Shown here: positions 17,832-27,372 of the stretch, one piece after another
How positions within the stretch are numbered: the stretch's first letter is position 1
How the letters are laid out: every line of letters starts with the position of its first letter
NCBI RefSeq assembly: GCF_000196355.1
Contig: NC_007614.1
Span: 1,290,001 to 1,322,000, forward strand
Source of the DNA: Nitrosospira multiformis ATCC 25196
Lineage (GTDB): Bacteria > Pseudomonadota > Gammaproteobacteria > Burkholderiales > Nitrosomonadaceae
DNA length: 32,000 bases
Reading direction: 5' to 3'
Program-made: the position numbers and the translations under genes
The notes under the pieces: generated by a model
Seen by the model: only the letters and a program-made list of their open reading frames with translations
What the model was told of the DNA's origin: nothing
The model's database searches: none

Positions 17832-18236
17832 TCAGATCATCACACCTTTTTGCTGAGTGGGTATCTCGAAATAATTTTCTTCGGATTGAAATACCATCGT
17901 GCCGATGAATAGGCTGACGATTGTGACCACGATACTCGCAAAGAACGCAGTCCAGAATCCAGAAACCCTGAATCCCGGAACGAGCGCCGATACCAGCATC
18001 ATCATAAGAGCATTGATAACCAGCAGGAAAAAGCCGAAGGTGATCAATGTCAGCGGGATGGTCAGAATGATAATGACAGGCTTCACGACAGCATTGACCA
18101 GGCCCAACAGCAAAGCGGATATGAGCAGTGATTTTTTACTGCTGAATGAAATCCCATTAAACATCAGGCTCGCTACCCATAGCGAGAGCGATGTAACGCC
18201 CCAATGGGCCAGAAATGCCATCATGTTATCCAGCAT
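17832..18236 (-). CDS. Phage holin family protein (YvlD/4-TMS type)
   Basis: ORF track; four hydrophobic helices, LLGLVNAVVKPVIIILTIPLTLITFGFFLLVINALMMMLVSALVPGF. Confidence 0.88.
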   Translation of the reverse strand: MLDNMMAFLAHWGVTSLSLWVASLMFNGISFSSKKSLLISALLLGLVNAVVKPVIIILTIPLTLITFGFFLLVINALMMMLVSALVPGFRVSGFWTAFFASIVVTIVSLFIGTMVFQSEENYFEIPTQQKGVMI

Positions 18237-18505
18237 TTTTCAGTCCTGATTTCCAGGGTCATATTTAATTGGTATATTAGCAGCTATGGGCGGCGAGCAG
18301 CGAGTTTCGCATGATAGTACATTTGCCTTTGGGGATATCGGAAAATTTTACAGTGATTTTACTGTTGTTTGGGAAGAACGGCTCTTCAGGCGAGGCTAAG
18401 GGGATGGCGCGGATCCTGCTTGTTTTTGAAGTACGACGTTTCCGTACCGGCTCTGGTGTATTGCGCAAGCTGCGGTATTTTTAGGTTCCACGAATATTGT
18501 AGGGT

Positions 18506-18533
18506 GGGGTGAAGAGTGCGGCGTCTTCACCCC
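18506..18533. promoter_or_regulatory. Strong hairpin, no T-run, upstream of the GGDEF/EAL gene
   Basis: ggggtgaaga-gtgcggcg-tcttcacccc, perfect 10-bp GC-rich stem. Confidence 0.6.
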
Positions 18534-18741
18534 CATCTAAATAAGGGATAAATCCGGATAATCAATCGGTACGCAAGCGGATGAGATTCTTTCCGCTTTC
18601 ATCCGGGTTGGAATGGGAGCAGCGATAGTATATGTGAGGGAACAGATTGGGTGTGAAGCGCGGATTGGATTGGGAATCGAACAAAAATTTATTAGCCCTG
18701 GACGGATCCAGTGTTAAACAGGTATTAAAACGGAAAATTCG

Positions 18742-21012
18742 ATGACGTCTTCTTCCGATATTCTTAATGCCCGGATTTTAGTGGTCGACGACCGGAAAGG
18801 TAATGCCGAGCTCCTTCATGGCATGCTTTCGAGCGCAGGTTATACTTCAATCACCTGCACCATGAATCCCCGGGAAGTATGCGATCTTCATCGCGCCAAT
18901 CGGTATGATCTCATCCTCCTCGATCTGATGATGCCGGGAATGGATGGATTTCAGGTGATGGAATGCTTGAGAGAAATAGAATCAAGCGGGTTACAGGTTC
19001 AATCTCAAGGTGAGCGCACGGCTCTTCCCGTCCTGGTAATCACTGCCCAGCCGCAGCATAAGGAGAGAGCCTTGCGGGCAGGGGCCAAAGGTTTTATTAC
19101 TAAACCTTTTGACCGTCTGCAGATGCTGACCCATATTCATGACGTGCTTGAGATCAGGCAGTTGCAGAAACAGCTGCAGAAATTTGCGGTACGCAGTGAA
19201 GGTGTGTCAGAGGAGAAAATTTTTCCCCGGGAAACCGGGGATTTGTTTGATCAGCTTGCGGGTAACCTTCCCCAGGTGTTCTGGATCTGGGATGTTCACG
19301 ACCAAACCTTTCGCTACATTAACCCTGAGTGGGAGAAAATGACAGGGCAGCGGGTTGGCCGGGGAGATAGGCTGGAAAAGATTTTCGAAGCCGTGCACCC
19401 CGAGGACATGGAGCGTGTCCTGCGCGAAGCGGCAGATCTGCCACGGGGGGGAGTGGACCATGATTACCGGTTGCTATTACCGGATATGTCGATACGCTGG
19501 GTTCATTCGCGCACTTTCCCTATCAAGGATTCAGCCGGCGTGCATCGAATCGTAGGGGTAATGGATGACATCACCCAGCGCAAGCAGGCCGACCAGCAGT
19601 TGCTGCAGGTATCCCGTTATGACGCGCTCACGCATCTTCCCAACCGTATCCTGTTTTATGAGTCACTGCGCAAGGTAATCAAACAATCTGAAATGAATCA
19701 TCGGATCGTTTCGGTATTGTTTCTCGATATCGATAACTTCAAAAATATAAATGATACGCTGGGTTTCGCACTGGGAGATGAACTGCTGCGTGAGTTCAGT
19801 CTTCGTTTGCTGGAATGCCTGCGTGTAACCGATATCGTCGCGCGCATCGGAGGAGATGAATTTGGTTGCATTCTTGTCAGTGCTGACGATTTGGGAAATG
19901 CGGGCCTGGTGGCAAGCAAGATCAGGGAAGCGTTGCGTCAACCCTTCGATTTGCAGGGACATCAGGTCACGGTAACAGCGAGTATCGGAATCAGTGTGTA
20001 CCCGATAGATTCAATCGATGCCGATACGCTCGTAAAAAATGGGGATACTGCGATGTATCAGTCCAAGACGGCAGGCAGGGATACCTATCGCTTCTTTACG
20101 CCGGAAATGAATATTCGGGCAATCGAGAAGCTCGACCAGGAAAATGCTTTGCGGAAGGCGCTCGATCGGGAGGAGTTTGTCTTGCATTATCAGCCGAAAG
20201 TGGATCTCTCCAACGGATGGGTCACCGGCATGGAAGCGCTCCTGAGATGGAAGCGGCCCGAACATGGCGTGGTGGAGCCGCTGGAATTCATTCCGGCACT
20301 CGAACAGACTGGATTGATAACCCGAGTGGGCGCCTGGGTTATCGAGAGCGTATGCAGACAGATTGCGGAGTGGCGTCATGCGGGGATAGGAGAAATCCCG
20401 GTTTCAGTCAATGTCTCGGGAAGGCAGTTTTCGCGGAGCACCTTGAACCAGGATGTCATTCGGGCAACTCAGGCGAACGGCATCCAACCCGCACTCCTCG
20501 AATTCGAATTGCAGACGGAAAGAGCATTGCGGGAAAACAGCATCGATTCCGATCTGCTGGAACTGGAGCTGACGGAAAGCTCTTTGATGATGCATGCAAA
20601 GAAGACAGTAAGTATCCTACAGAGATTGAAGGCACTCGGAATCCAGATCTCGATCGATGACTTCGGAACCGGTTATTCAAGCCTGGCATACGTAAAACGG
20701 TTTCCAATAGATGTGCTGAAGATCGACCGTTCTTTTATCCAGGAGATCACCACAAATTCCGCCGATGCCGCCATTACGACTGCAATCATCGACATGGCCC
20801 ACAGCCTTCATGTGAGAGTGGTAGCGGAGGGTGTGGAAACTGCCGAACAATTTGATTTTCTGAAAGGAAGAGGGTGCGACGAAGTACAGGGTTTCTACTT
20901 GTCACCTCCGCTCCCTGCAAACGAAATATCCCAATTGCTATTGAGCGGAAATCGGCGGCTTAAACCCACTCCATGCCGGCCCAATACTGGCGAATCTGCC
21001 TGTAGTTCTTGA
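18742..21012 (+). CDS. Response regulator with REC, PAS/PAC, GGDEF and EAL domains
   Basis: ORF track; ILVVDDRKGNAELLHGML...LILLDLMMPGMDG, PAS (NLPQVFWIWDVHDQTFRYINPEWEK), intact GGDEF (ARIGGDEFG) and EAL (GMEALLRW, ELTESSLM, DDFGTGYSSL). Confidence 0.96.
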   Translation: MTSSSDILNARILVVDDRKGNAELLHGMLSSAGYTSITCTMNPREVCDLHRANRYDLILLDLMMPGMDGFQVMECLREIESSGLQVQSQGERTALPVLVITAQPQHKERALRAGAKGFITKPFDRLQMLTHIHDVLEIRQLQKQLQKFAVRSEGVSEEKIFPRETGDLFDQLAGNLPQVFWIWDVHDQTFRYINPEWEKMTGQRVGRGDRLEKIFEAVHPEDMERVLREAADLPRGGVDHDYRLLLPDMSIRWVHSRTFPIKDSAGVHRIVGVMDDITQRKQADQQLLQVSRYDALTHLPNRILFYESLRKVIKQSEMNHRIVSVLFLDIDNFKNINDTLGFALGDELLREFSLRLLECLRVTDIVARIGGDEFGCILVSADDLGNAGLVASKIREALRQPFDLQGHQVTVTASIGISVYPIDSIDADTLVKNGDTAMYQSKTAGRDTYRFFTPEMNIRAIEKLDQENALRKALDREEFVLHYQPKVDLSNGWVTGMEALLRWKRPEHGVVEPLEFIPALEQTGLITRVGAWVIESVCRQIAEWRHAGIGEIPVSVNVSGRQFSRSTLNQDVIRATQANGIQPALLEFELQTERALRENSIDSDLLELELTESSLMMHAKKTVSILQRLKALGIQISIDDFGTGYSSLAYVKRFPIDVLKIDRSFIQEITTNSADAAITTAIIDMAHSLHVRVVAEGVETAEQFDFLKGRGCDEVQGFYLSPPLPANEISQLLLSGNRRLKPTPCRPNTGESACSS

Positions 21013-21250
21013 GATTGAGCCTGGCAGATTTTCCCGTCACCGCCCCCAAGGGTGTTCAGGGATTCCTTGACGTCTCATCGAGCGCCACCATGTCGCTAGT
21101 CGGGCGCTACCCCAAGCCGAGCGTAAGGAGAAAAGAAGAAGAGGGGTATAAATTCAGGATCAGGACGGAGAGCATTACTGTGGGGCCTGGAACGGGTAAA
21201 ATATATATCCGTTGCTTCCTGTCACTCTCTTTTATCTCTCATAATTTGTT

Positions 21251-22030
21251 TTGTTCATGAGCATGCGCTTTGCCTGTTTGGGAAGTGGTTCGCAGGGCAA
21301 CGCTCTGGTAGTCGAAGCGGGGAACACCCGGTTGTTACTGGATTGTGGCTTTACGCTCCGGGAAACCGTTATTCGCCTCGCCCGGCTCGGGCTCGAACCG
21401 GACACCATAGATGCCGTTGTCGTAACTCATGAGCATAGTGATCATATTTGCGGTGTTGCCCGGTTTGCCCGCAAGTTCGGTATTCCTGTCTGGCTGACGC
21501 ATGGCACGTTGCGCAGTGCGGGGAAAGCGTTCGGGAAGCTGCCAGGAGTCAATATCATAGAAGGTTATCAGCGTTTTTCCATCGGGGCCATCGAAGTAGA
21601 GCCTTACCCGGTTCCGCATGATGCAGAGGAGCCTGCGCAATTCGTGTTTGGAAACGGTTCACTGCGACTGGGCGTATTGACTGATACAGGTTGCTCGACT
21701 CCCCATATCGAAGCTGTCCTGAATGAATGTGACGCTCTTGTGCTGGAATGCAACCATGATGCCCGGATGCTGGCAAACAGCGATTATCCGGAAAGCCTGA
21801 AGCGGAGGGTGGGAGGGCGTTTCGGTCATCTTGAGAATGCTGCTTCGGCAAGTCTTCTCGCCAAACTTAATTGCAACCGTCTGCAGCATGTCATAGCAGC
21901 CCATCTGAGCCAGAAGAACAATACCCCTCCGCTTGTGCAGGGAATGCTGAGCAATGCTTTAAACTGTGAAGCGGCCTGGATTGGCGTAGCCACGCAGAGC
22001 GAGGGTTTTGAATGGCGCCAGTTATTCTGA
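21251..22030 (+). CDS. MBL fold metallo-hydrolase (YycJ/VicX-like)
   Basis: ORF track; MRFACLGSGSQGNALVVEAGNTRLLLDCG, VVTHEHSDHICG. ATG 21257 or 21263 probably the real start. Confidence 0.92.
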   Translation: MFMSMRFACLGSGSQGNALVVEAGNTRLLLDCGFTLRETVIRLARLGLEPDTIDAVVVTHEHSDHICGVARFARKFGIPVWLTHGTLRSAGKAFGKLPGVNIIEGYQRFSIGAIEVEPYPVPHDAEEPAQFVFGNGSLRLGVLTDTGCSTPHIEAVLNECDALVLECNHDARMLANSDYPESLKRRVGGRFGHLENAASASLLAKLNCNRLQHVIAAHLSQKNNTPPLVQGMLSNALNCEAAWIGVATQSEGFEWRQLF

Positions 22031-22060
22031 CAGGAACAGCAAAACCAATAAAACAACAAA

Positions 22061-22080
22061 AAGCCGTCCCGGGACGGCTT
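22061..22080. terminator. Bidirectional hairpin terminator between the MBL hydrolase and a convergent small lipoprotein gene
   Basis: Perfect self-complementary aagccgtcccgggacggctt, flanked by an A-run on the left (T-run for minus-strand transcripts). Confidence 0.8.
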
Positions 22081-22102
22081 CGTTTATTACGTTAAAAGCG
22101 TT

Positions 22103-22279
22103 TTACTTTACTTCGGAAGAAATGCTGGATTCGACAGCAGGCTGATCCGGAGTTGAGGATCCTTGCGACATGATTTTCGAGTAGTTTTCCTTTTCCTGCT
22201 CGGGGAGCGCCTGGTTCGGCTTGCCGCAAGCGGTCATTGTCAGTACTACTGTGGCAGCCAGGAGCGAGAGTCTTATCAT
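22103..22279 (-). CDS. Small predicted lipoprotein, 58 aa (not in the ORF track)
   Basis: My translation: MIRLSLLAATVVLTMTACGKPNQALPEQEKENYSKIMSQGSSTPDQPAVESSISSEVK*; lipobox LTMTAC; terminator directly downstream. Confidence 0.75.
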   Translation of the reverse strand: MIRLSLLAATVVLTMTACGKPNQALPEQEKENYSKIMSQGSSTPDQPAVESSISSEVK

Positions 22280-22453
22280 TTATTCCCTCTTGATAGTTGA
22301 TTATGAAATCAACATTCTACATCGGAATGCCGTTGTGCTTCAAGAGACAAGGAGAATAAGGAAGCTCGGGTCGCTGATAAGCGGCGTGGGACAGGTCATC
22401 AGGCGAGTGTGTTCGCTTGCTCCTGTCATTCGGGGAGCTCGAAATATTTGGAC

Positions 22454-22484
22454 AAAAAAAACCATCCGAAGGGATGGTTTTTTT
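22454..22484 (-). terminator. Rho-independent terminator for the 105-aa lipoprotein gene
   Basis: aaaaaaaccatccgaagggatggttttttt: 7 bp core stem with A/T tails, immediately downstream of 22500..22817. Confidence 0.85.
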
Positions 22485-22499
22485 GCCTGGCATCTAGAC

Positions 22500-22817
22500 T
22501 TAGTGTCCTTCCGGTATTGCGCTTTGTCCCTCGGGAAGGGGGTTGCCATTCCCGTCGAGTTTATGCCCAGGGAGAACAGCTTGTCCGGAGTATTCATCAT
22601 CCGGATTTGTGCCAGCGGCTGAAGCCGTTGAGTCGCCGGCCGGAGCTGCTGAACTCTTGTCGCCAGCAGCCGCGCCACGCTCTTGATCCAGAGTCGTACC
22701 TTCTTCAGTCCGGGTTCCATACGACGTCGAATTTGCAGGCAAGGCCTGTTCCGGTCTTTTGCATGCGGAAAGAGCGAGTGCTGCCATCAAAGCTGCGGCG
22801 AGAAGTGAAAGTTTCAT
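22500..22817 (-). CDS. Small predicted lipoprotein, 105 aa
   Basis: ORF track; MKLSLLAAALMAALALSACKRPEQALPA..., lipobox ALSAC. Confidence 0.8.
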   Translation of the reverse strand: MKLSLLAAALMAALALSACKRPEQALPANSTSYGTRTEEGTTLDQERGAAAGDKSSAAPAGDSTASAAGTNPDDEYSGQAVLPGHKLDGNGNPLPEGQSAIPEGH

Positions 22818-22968
22818 TGTCGAGCGTCCTTAATAAAAATGAAATGATATGACGAGAATCACATTATATAATAAAAAATTTCCATTCAATCGAAATTTCC
22901 TGCCTCTTGAAGCACTGAGTTTGCAGATCGCACTTTATCGACTGATGAAGGTTGCCTTTTGGCCGCCG

Positions 22969-23178
22969 TTATTGTGCCGGAGCCTCCCGCTTGGTATCGC
23001 CGCCGACAGGTGCTGGTGTATTCCCCGCAGGTTCTTCTTTATCAAGTTCGCTGAAATCGGGTGCCGAATCGCGCTCGACCATCGCGGAGGGTGGGGGTTT
23101 ATCCATAGGATGTTTTTTGTATTCACAAGCGGACAGCGCAGCAGCTGCCAGCACAATGGCAAGGAGTGAGTATTTCAT
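22969..23178 (-). CDS. Small predicted lipoprotein, 69 aa
   Basis: ORF track; MKYSLLAIVLAAAALSACEYKKHPMDKPP..., lipobox ALSAC. Confidence 0.75.
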   Translation of the reverse strand: MKYSLLAIVLAAAALSACEYKKHPMDKPPPSAMVERDSAPDFSELDKEEPAGNTPAPVGGDTKREAPAQ

Positions 23179-23293
23179 TATTCAATCATCCTATAGAGTA
23201 GTGCAAAAACGATAGTGTAACAGAAGCGTTTGAGGATTCAAATCCCCTTGCTCCGGTCCTTCTCTTTCTGGAGCGGAGCCTGGACCTGGCCAT

Positions 23294-23325
23294 AAAAAAG
23301 GCCGTCCCGGGGGACGGCCTTTTTT
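23294..23325 (-). terminator. Strong rho-independent terminator for the 74-aa lipoprotein gene
   Basis: aaaaaaggccgtcccgggggacggcctttttt: 15-nt complementary arms. Confidence 0.9.
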
Positions 23326-23346
23326 AACGCTTGGTTAGGCGTATTG

Positions 23347-23571
23347 TTACTTTGCCTCATCTTTCGGTGGTTCATCTTTCTTTGTCTCCGTCCCGGCACC
23401 TTCTTTCTGGGCCGCTTCAATGTCCGCATCACTGAGCTGTCCCTCACGTTTCTCCCAAAGGCTCGGCGGATATTGACCAGGCTTTCCTTCTCCCGGCTGG
23501 TGCTGTTTCATTTGATCGCATGCGGAAAATGCCAATGTTACCAACGCTGCAGCGAGGAGCGAGTACTTCAT
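23347..23571 (-). CDS. Small predicted lipoprotein, 74 aa
   Basis: ORF 23347..23667 with real start at internal Met MKYSLLAAALVTLAFSACDQMKQHQPG...; lipobox AFSAC. Confidence 0.78.
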   Translation of the reverse strand: MKYSLLAAALVTLAFSACDQMKQHQPGEGKPGQYPPSLWEKREGQLSDADIEAAQKEGAGTETKKDEPPKDEAK

Positions 23572-23895
23572 TTTTTTAATCTCCTTATAAGGTTTATAAC
23601 AAATCATGGGTAAGTTACAAGAGCGTTTCGGCCATTCAAATCTGAGCGGACCACCAACTAGCAGCACCTATCGTAACAGCAGAATTGCCATTACTTTAAT
23701 AGCAGAATTAGGAAATATTGTCTAGTCGTTGTATTTTACGCCATTCCAGTATAGGGTCTTTGGTTATCACAAGGCCGATTGAAAAATCCATTTTTTACTG
23801 GAACGGGACTCGGGGAACCTGGGATTGCATTTCTGAATCACTGCATGCCTTCACTGACTTGCTGCTCTGTCTTTTGCTCGGCTCGCCGCATCAGG

Positions 23896-25068
23896 TTACT
23901 TTCTTTCTATTATCGATTCCTGGATTTCCTCAACTGCCCCGGTATCTTCAACATAAACGACGTAACCATCGAGGTACCACTGATATAGCAGCGCCTGTGT
24001 TTCGGCATCGATATCTCTCACAGGGGATAAGGCAAGACGATCGGCCAGCTCTCCTAGTATCCGTTGTGCGGTTTTTCCTACTTCATATACGTCTCCGTTC
24101 AGGAAAATTCTGTTTTCCCTGAAGAGCATGCGGCTTTTCAGATCCAGTTGCAGTTTTCCTTTTCTTATCTGATGCACGAATTTCCGTTCGGATATCGGCT
24201 CCTGAGGAGGCATAAAAAAAACGTGAGGTTTGGGTTCGGTTAAATACATACCGATAAAACGTTCCACTTCAACGTTGTCCCACTCGATTTTGTCGAGCGC
24301 CGCGTTGACCTGATCCAGCATCGCGGAACTGATTTGTCCGGGATGAGTTTGAATCCTGAGATCCGGATCCTCGTAGATACCCGCTATTTCACAGCTGTCC
24401 TGGAGATGAACGAGAAACTGCATCGCGAGCTCCTGATAGGTGGGTGCGCGAAAACCGATGGAATAGGTCATGCAGGGTTCCACCGCAACTCCATCGTGCG
24501 CATAGCCGGGCGGCAAATACAGCATGTCGCCTGGTTCCAGTACCCATTCCTGCTCCGGCCTGAAATCCTGCAGAATCTTGAGCGGTGCGGCGGCCACCAG
24601 CGTTCTGTCCTTCTGGCCCGATATTCGCCAGCGTCTGCGGCCTGTTCCTTGCAGCAGAAAAACGTCGTAGGAGTCAAAGTGGGGCCCCACGCCCCCGTCT
24701 TCGGGAGCGTAGCTGACCATCAGATCATCGAGCCGGGAATGTGGAATGAAGTTGAATTTCAGCAGCAGTTCACGCGCCGCCGGAAGGAAGTGATTGACGT
24801 CCTGCACCAGCAGAGTCCAGCCTTTCTGCGGCAGCCGTGCGAAAGCGCGAGGTGCGAAGGGGCCATGCCTCACCTCCCATCGGCCGTTTCTACGGGTAAC
24901 CAGACGCGATTGCGCATCTTCCTGACAGGCCAGGTCGATAAGCTCATTGGCATCCAGCAGTCCGCTGAAATCCGGCAAGGCTTTGCGTATCAGCAAAGGT
25001 TTTTTCTGCCAATGATCCTGAAGGAAGTCGCTGGGCGAGAGGCCGCCTAAAAGCCGGATTTTCGTCAT
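23896..25068 (-). CDS. roxA: Cupin/JmjC-type 2OG oxygenase, ribosomal protein uL16 3-hydroxylase (RoxA/YcfD) family
   Basis: ATG at 25068 (complement) inside ORF 23896..25302; LLGGLSPSDFLQDHWQKKPLLIRKA, GGVGPHFDSYDVFLLQGTGRRRWRISG, DMLYLPPGYAHDGVAVEPCMTYSIGFRAP. Confidence 0.88.
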   Translation of the reverse strand: MTKIRLLGGLSPSDFLQDHWQKKPLLIRKALPDFSGLLDANELIDLACQEDAQSRLVTRRNGRWEVRHGPFAPRAFARLPQKGWTLLVQDVNHFLPAARELLLKFNFIPHSRLDDLMVSYAPEDGGVGPHFDSYDVFLLQGTGRRRWRISGQKDRTLVAAAPLKILQDFRPEQEWVLEPGDMLYLPPGYAHDGVAVEPCMTYSIGFRAPTYQELAMQFLVHLQDSCEIAGIYEDPDLRIQTHPGQISSAMLDQVNAALDKIEWDNVEVERFIGMYLTEPKPHVFFMPPQEPISERKFVHQIRKGKLQLDLKSRMLFRENRIFLNGDVYEVGKTAQRILGELADRLALSPVRDIDAETQALLYQWYLDGYVVYVEDTGAVEEIQESIIERK

Positions 25069-25183
25069 GGGATTACCGGTGTGAGCGTTTTGGTGAAGGT
25101 AACAATGGCTGCACGACATACAGCGGGGCAACGGTGCAATCATTTCGGACTTTTCCGGCGATAACCGGATGCAAGCAATTCTT

Positions 25184-27034
25184 TTATCTGCCACGCATGA
25201 ACATCTTATCCAGGTCAGTGCGGCTGATCTCAAACCATGTGGGCCTGCCGTGATTACACTGGCCGGAACGTTCAGTGATTTCCATTTCACGCAGCAGTGC
25301 ATTCATTTCCGGAATGCTCAGGCTACGGTTAGCCCGAATCGCTCCATGGCAGGCCATGGTGGCGAGGAGTTCGTTTCGCCTGCTGACAAGTACCTGACTC
25401 CCTCCAAATTCCCGGATTTCATTCAATACGTCACGCGCGAGGGTCACCACATCGGCATCCTTGAGCGCGGCCGGTACGGCTCGTACCGCGAGCATCACCG
25501 GTGAGAAGGGGGAGATCTCGAATCCGATATCATGCAAAACCGCACTGTTTTCTTCCGCCGTGGCGATATCCTGGCTATCTGCCCGGAATGCGGCCGGAAT
25601 CAGCAGGGGCTGCATGGAGAGCGTGTGGTTGTCGAGCGCCGACTTGAGTTTCTCGTACAGGATGCGTTCGTGCGCGGCGTGCATATCCACGATAAGCAGG
25701 CCTCTTTCATTCTGCGACAGGATGTAGACGCCGAGAAGCTGCGCCAGCGCGAATCCCAATGGCGGGATTTCCGGTTCCCGAACAGTCCCTTCCGGCTTCA
25801 TGAAGGCAGATTGCCCATTGATCCCAGCCTGATATCCAGTCTGACGAGTGCCGGCATTGGAATCGGAACCGAAAAGCACCTGGTAGAAAGCCTGCGGTTG
25901 AGCCGCTTTTATCTGAGGCGCCGCCGAGGCAAAAGGAATCGCATCCTGCCGGGAATAAGCGGGAGGTGCAAGGGATACTTCTCCGGCTGCCTTCCGGGTG
26001 AATTCAGGAAGTTTCCCGGCTACAGGTACTGCTGCTCCACCCGTCAGGTGCGGCATGGCCAGAGCCTTGTCAACCGTATGAAAGATGAATTGATGGAGCG
26101 CACGCGGATCGCGGAATCTCACCTCCGTTTTGCTTGGGTGCACGTTAACGTCCACACCGCCCCCATTTATTTCCAGGAATAGTACAAACGCCGGATGCCG
26201 ATCCAGATGGAGGATGTCGCGATAGGCTTCGCGCAGGGCGTGGGCAACGAGTTTGTCACGTACGAAACGCCCATTGACGAAGAAATATTGGGCATCGCCA
26301 GAAGACCGGCTGTAGGCAGGGAGTGCGGCCATGCCCCATAACCGTAGATCCGCTGCCTGATCATCGACGAATACCGAGGCCTGACTGAATTCATCTCCTA
26401 ATACTGCAGCAATGCGCAGTCTTGCATCCGCTGTCCGCAAATGGCTGCGTACAGTGCCATTGTGCTGCAAGGTGAAACCGACGCTGGGCCGTGAGAGGGC
26501 AATACGCTTGAACACGCTCTCGCAATGCGCAAATTCGGTAGCTTCTGTTTTCAGAAATTTCCGCCGGGCGGGAGTGTTGAAGTAGAGATCGCGCATTTCC
26601 ACGGCTGTTCCCTGGGCGAACGCAGCAGGCTCAGGCGGGGTGAACCGTCCTGCTTCCGCCTCTATCCGCCAGGCGTGCTTATCTCCCGCGCTGCGGCTTA
26701 CCAGAGCCAGCCGGGAAACGGAAGCGATGCTTGCAAGCGCTTCGCCGCGAAAACCCAAACTGGGCACATTCTGCAAATCCTCCAGAGTCCTTATCTTGCT
26801 GGTGGCGTGGCGGGCAAGTGCAAGGGGCAGGTCTTCTCCGGAAATTCCCGCGCCATTGTCTGCCACCCGCACAAGCTTGACACCGCCCTGGAAAAGCTGC
26901 ACCGTTACTTCGGTTGCTCCCGCATCGAGGCTGTTTTCCAGTAGTTCCTTGAGCGCCGAAGCGGGACGTTCAACGACTTCTCCCGCCGCAATCTGGCTGA
27001 TGAGAAGATCGGGCAGGGGTTGGATTGCATTCAT
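25184..27034 (-). CDS. mutL: DNA mismatch repair protein MutL
   Basis: ORF track; GEVVERPASALKELLENSLDAGA, DNGAGI, GFRGEALASIASV, VNGRFVRDKLV; C-terminal ACHGAIRANRSL and QCNHGRPTW. Confidence 0.98.
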   Translation of the reverse strand: MNAIQPLPDLLISQIAAGEVVERPASALKELLENSLDAGATEVTVQLFQGGVKLVRVADNGAGISGEDLPLALARHATSKIRTLEDLQNVPSLGFRGEALASIASVSRLALVSRSAGDKHAWRIEAEAGRFTPPEPAAFAQGTAVEMRDLYFNTPARRKFLKTEATEFAHCESVFKRIALSRPSVGFTLQHNGTVRSHLRTADARLRIAAVLGDEFSQASVFVDDQAADLRLWGMAALPAYSRSSGDAQYFFVNGRFVRDKLVAHALREAYRDILHLDRHPAFVLFLEINGGGVDVNVHPSKTEVRFRDPRALHQFIFHTVDKALAMPHLTGGAAVPVAGKLPEFTRKAAGEVSLAPPAYSRQDAIPFASAAPQIKAAQPQAFYQVLFGSDSNAGTRQTGYQAGINGQSAFMKPEGTVREPEIPPLGFALAQLLGVYILSQNERGLLIVDMHAAHERILYEKLKSALDNHTLSMQPLLIPAAFRADSQDIATAEENSAVLHDIGFEISPFSPVMLAVRAVPAALKDADVVTLARDVLNEIREFGGSQVLVSRRNELLATMACHGAIRANRSLSIPEMNALLREMEITERSGQCNHGRPTWFEISRTDLDKMFMRGR

Positions 27035-27170
27035 GGCTGATCACATTGGCAGGGCATCTCTTCATTATACTGCCCGGAGCCGAAAAGCCCTGAACAAGTC
27101 TCCTGCAGATTTCGCCTGTCGCTCGTATGTCGCGCTGCCCCGCTCTCGTTTGCGCAGCTAAAAGACGGCT

Positions 27171-27201
27171 GGCAGGGGGTGGCAGGTGGCAGGTGGCAGG
27201 A
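27171..27201. repeat. 7-bp (ggcaggt) short tandem repeat
   Basis: ggcagggggt-ggcaggt-ggcaggt-ggcagga read directly in the mutL/cysB intergenic region. Confidence 0.9.
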
Positions 27202-27320
27202 GAGGCGGGAAGCGATGATTAACACGAAGGTGAGGGGAGGCAAAGAACGGATGAAAGGATCGATGAAAAGGGAACAGTAAAACGGGGACGGGTGAAACGC
27301 TGTTTCCGTTCGCTACCCTA

Positions 27321-27350
27321 TGTGCCCTTATGTACCCGTATGTACCTTAT
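27321..27350. repeat. 10-bp imperfect tandem repeat, 3 copies
   Basis: tgtgccctta / tgtacccgta / tgtaccttat just beyond the cysB stop codon. Confidence 0.8.
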
Positions 27351-27372
27351 ACCCGCTATGCCCATTTGCCGT

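Noticed and set aside
17832-18236. Holin-like gene as evidence for a prophage
   Set aside because: This 4-TMS family is common in chromosomes outside phages and no other phage genes are nearby.
23226-23255. tRNA 3'-end-like string (gaggattcaaatccccttgctccgg)
   Set aside because: The position 53-61 pair would be A-C and I found no matching 5' acceptor, D or anticodon arms; likely chance.
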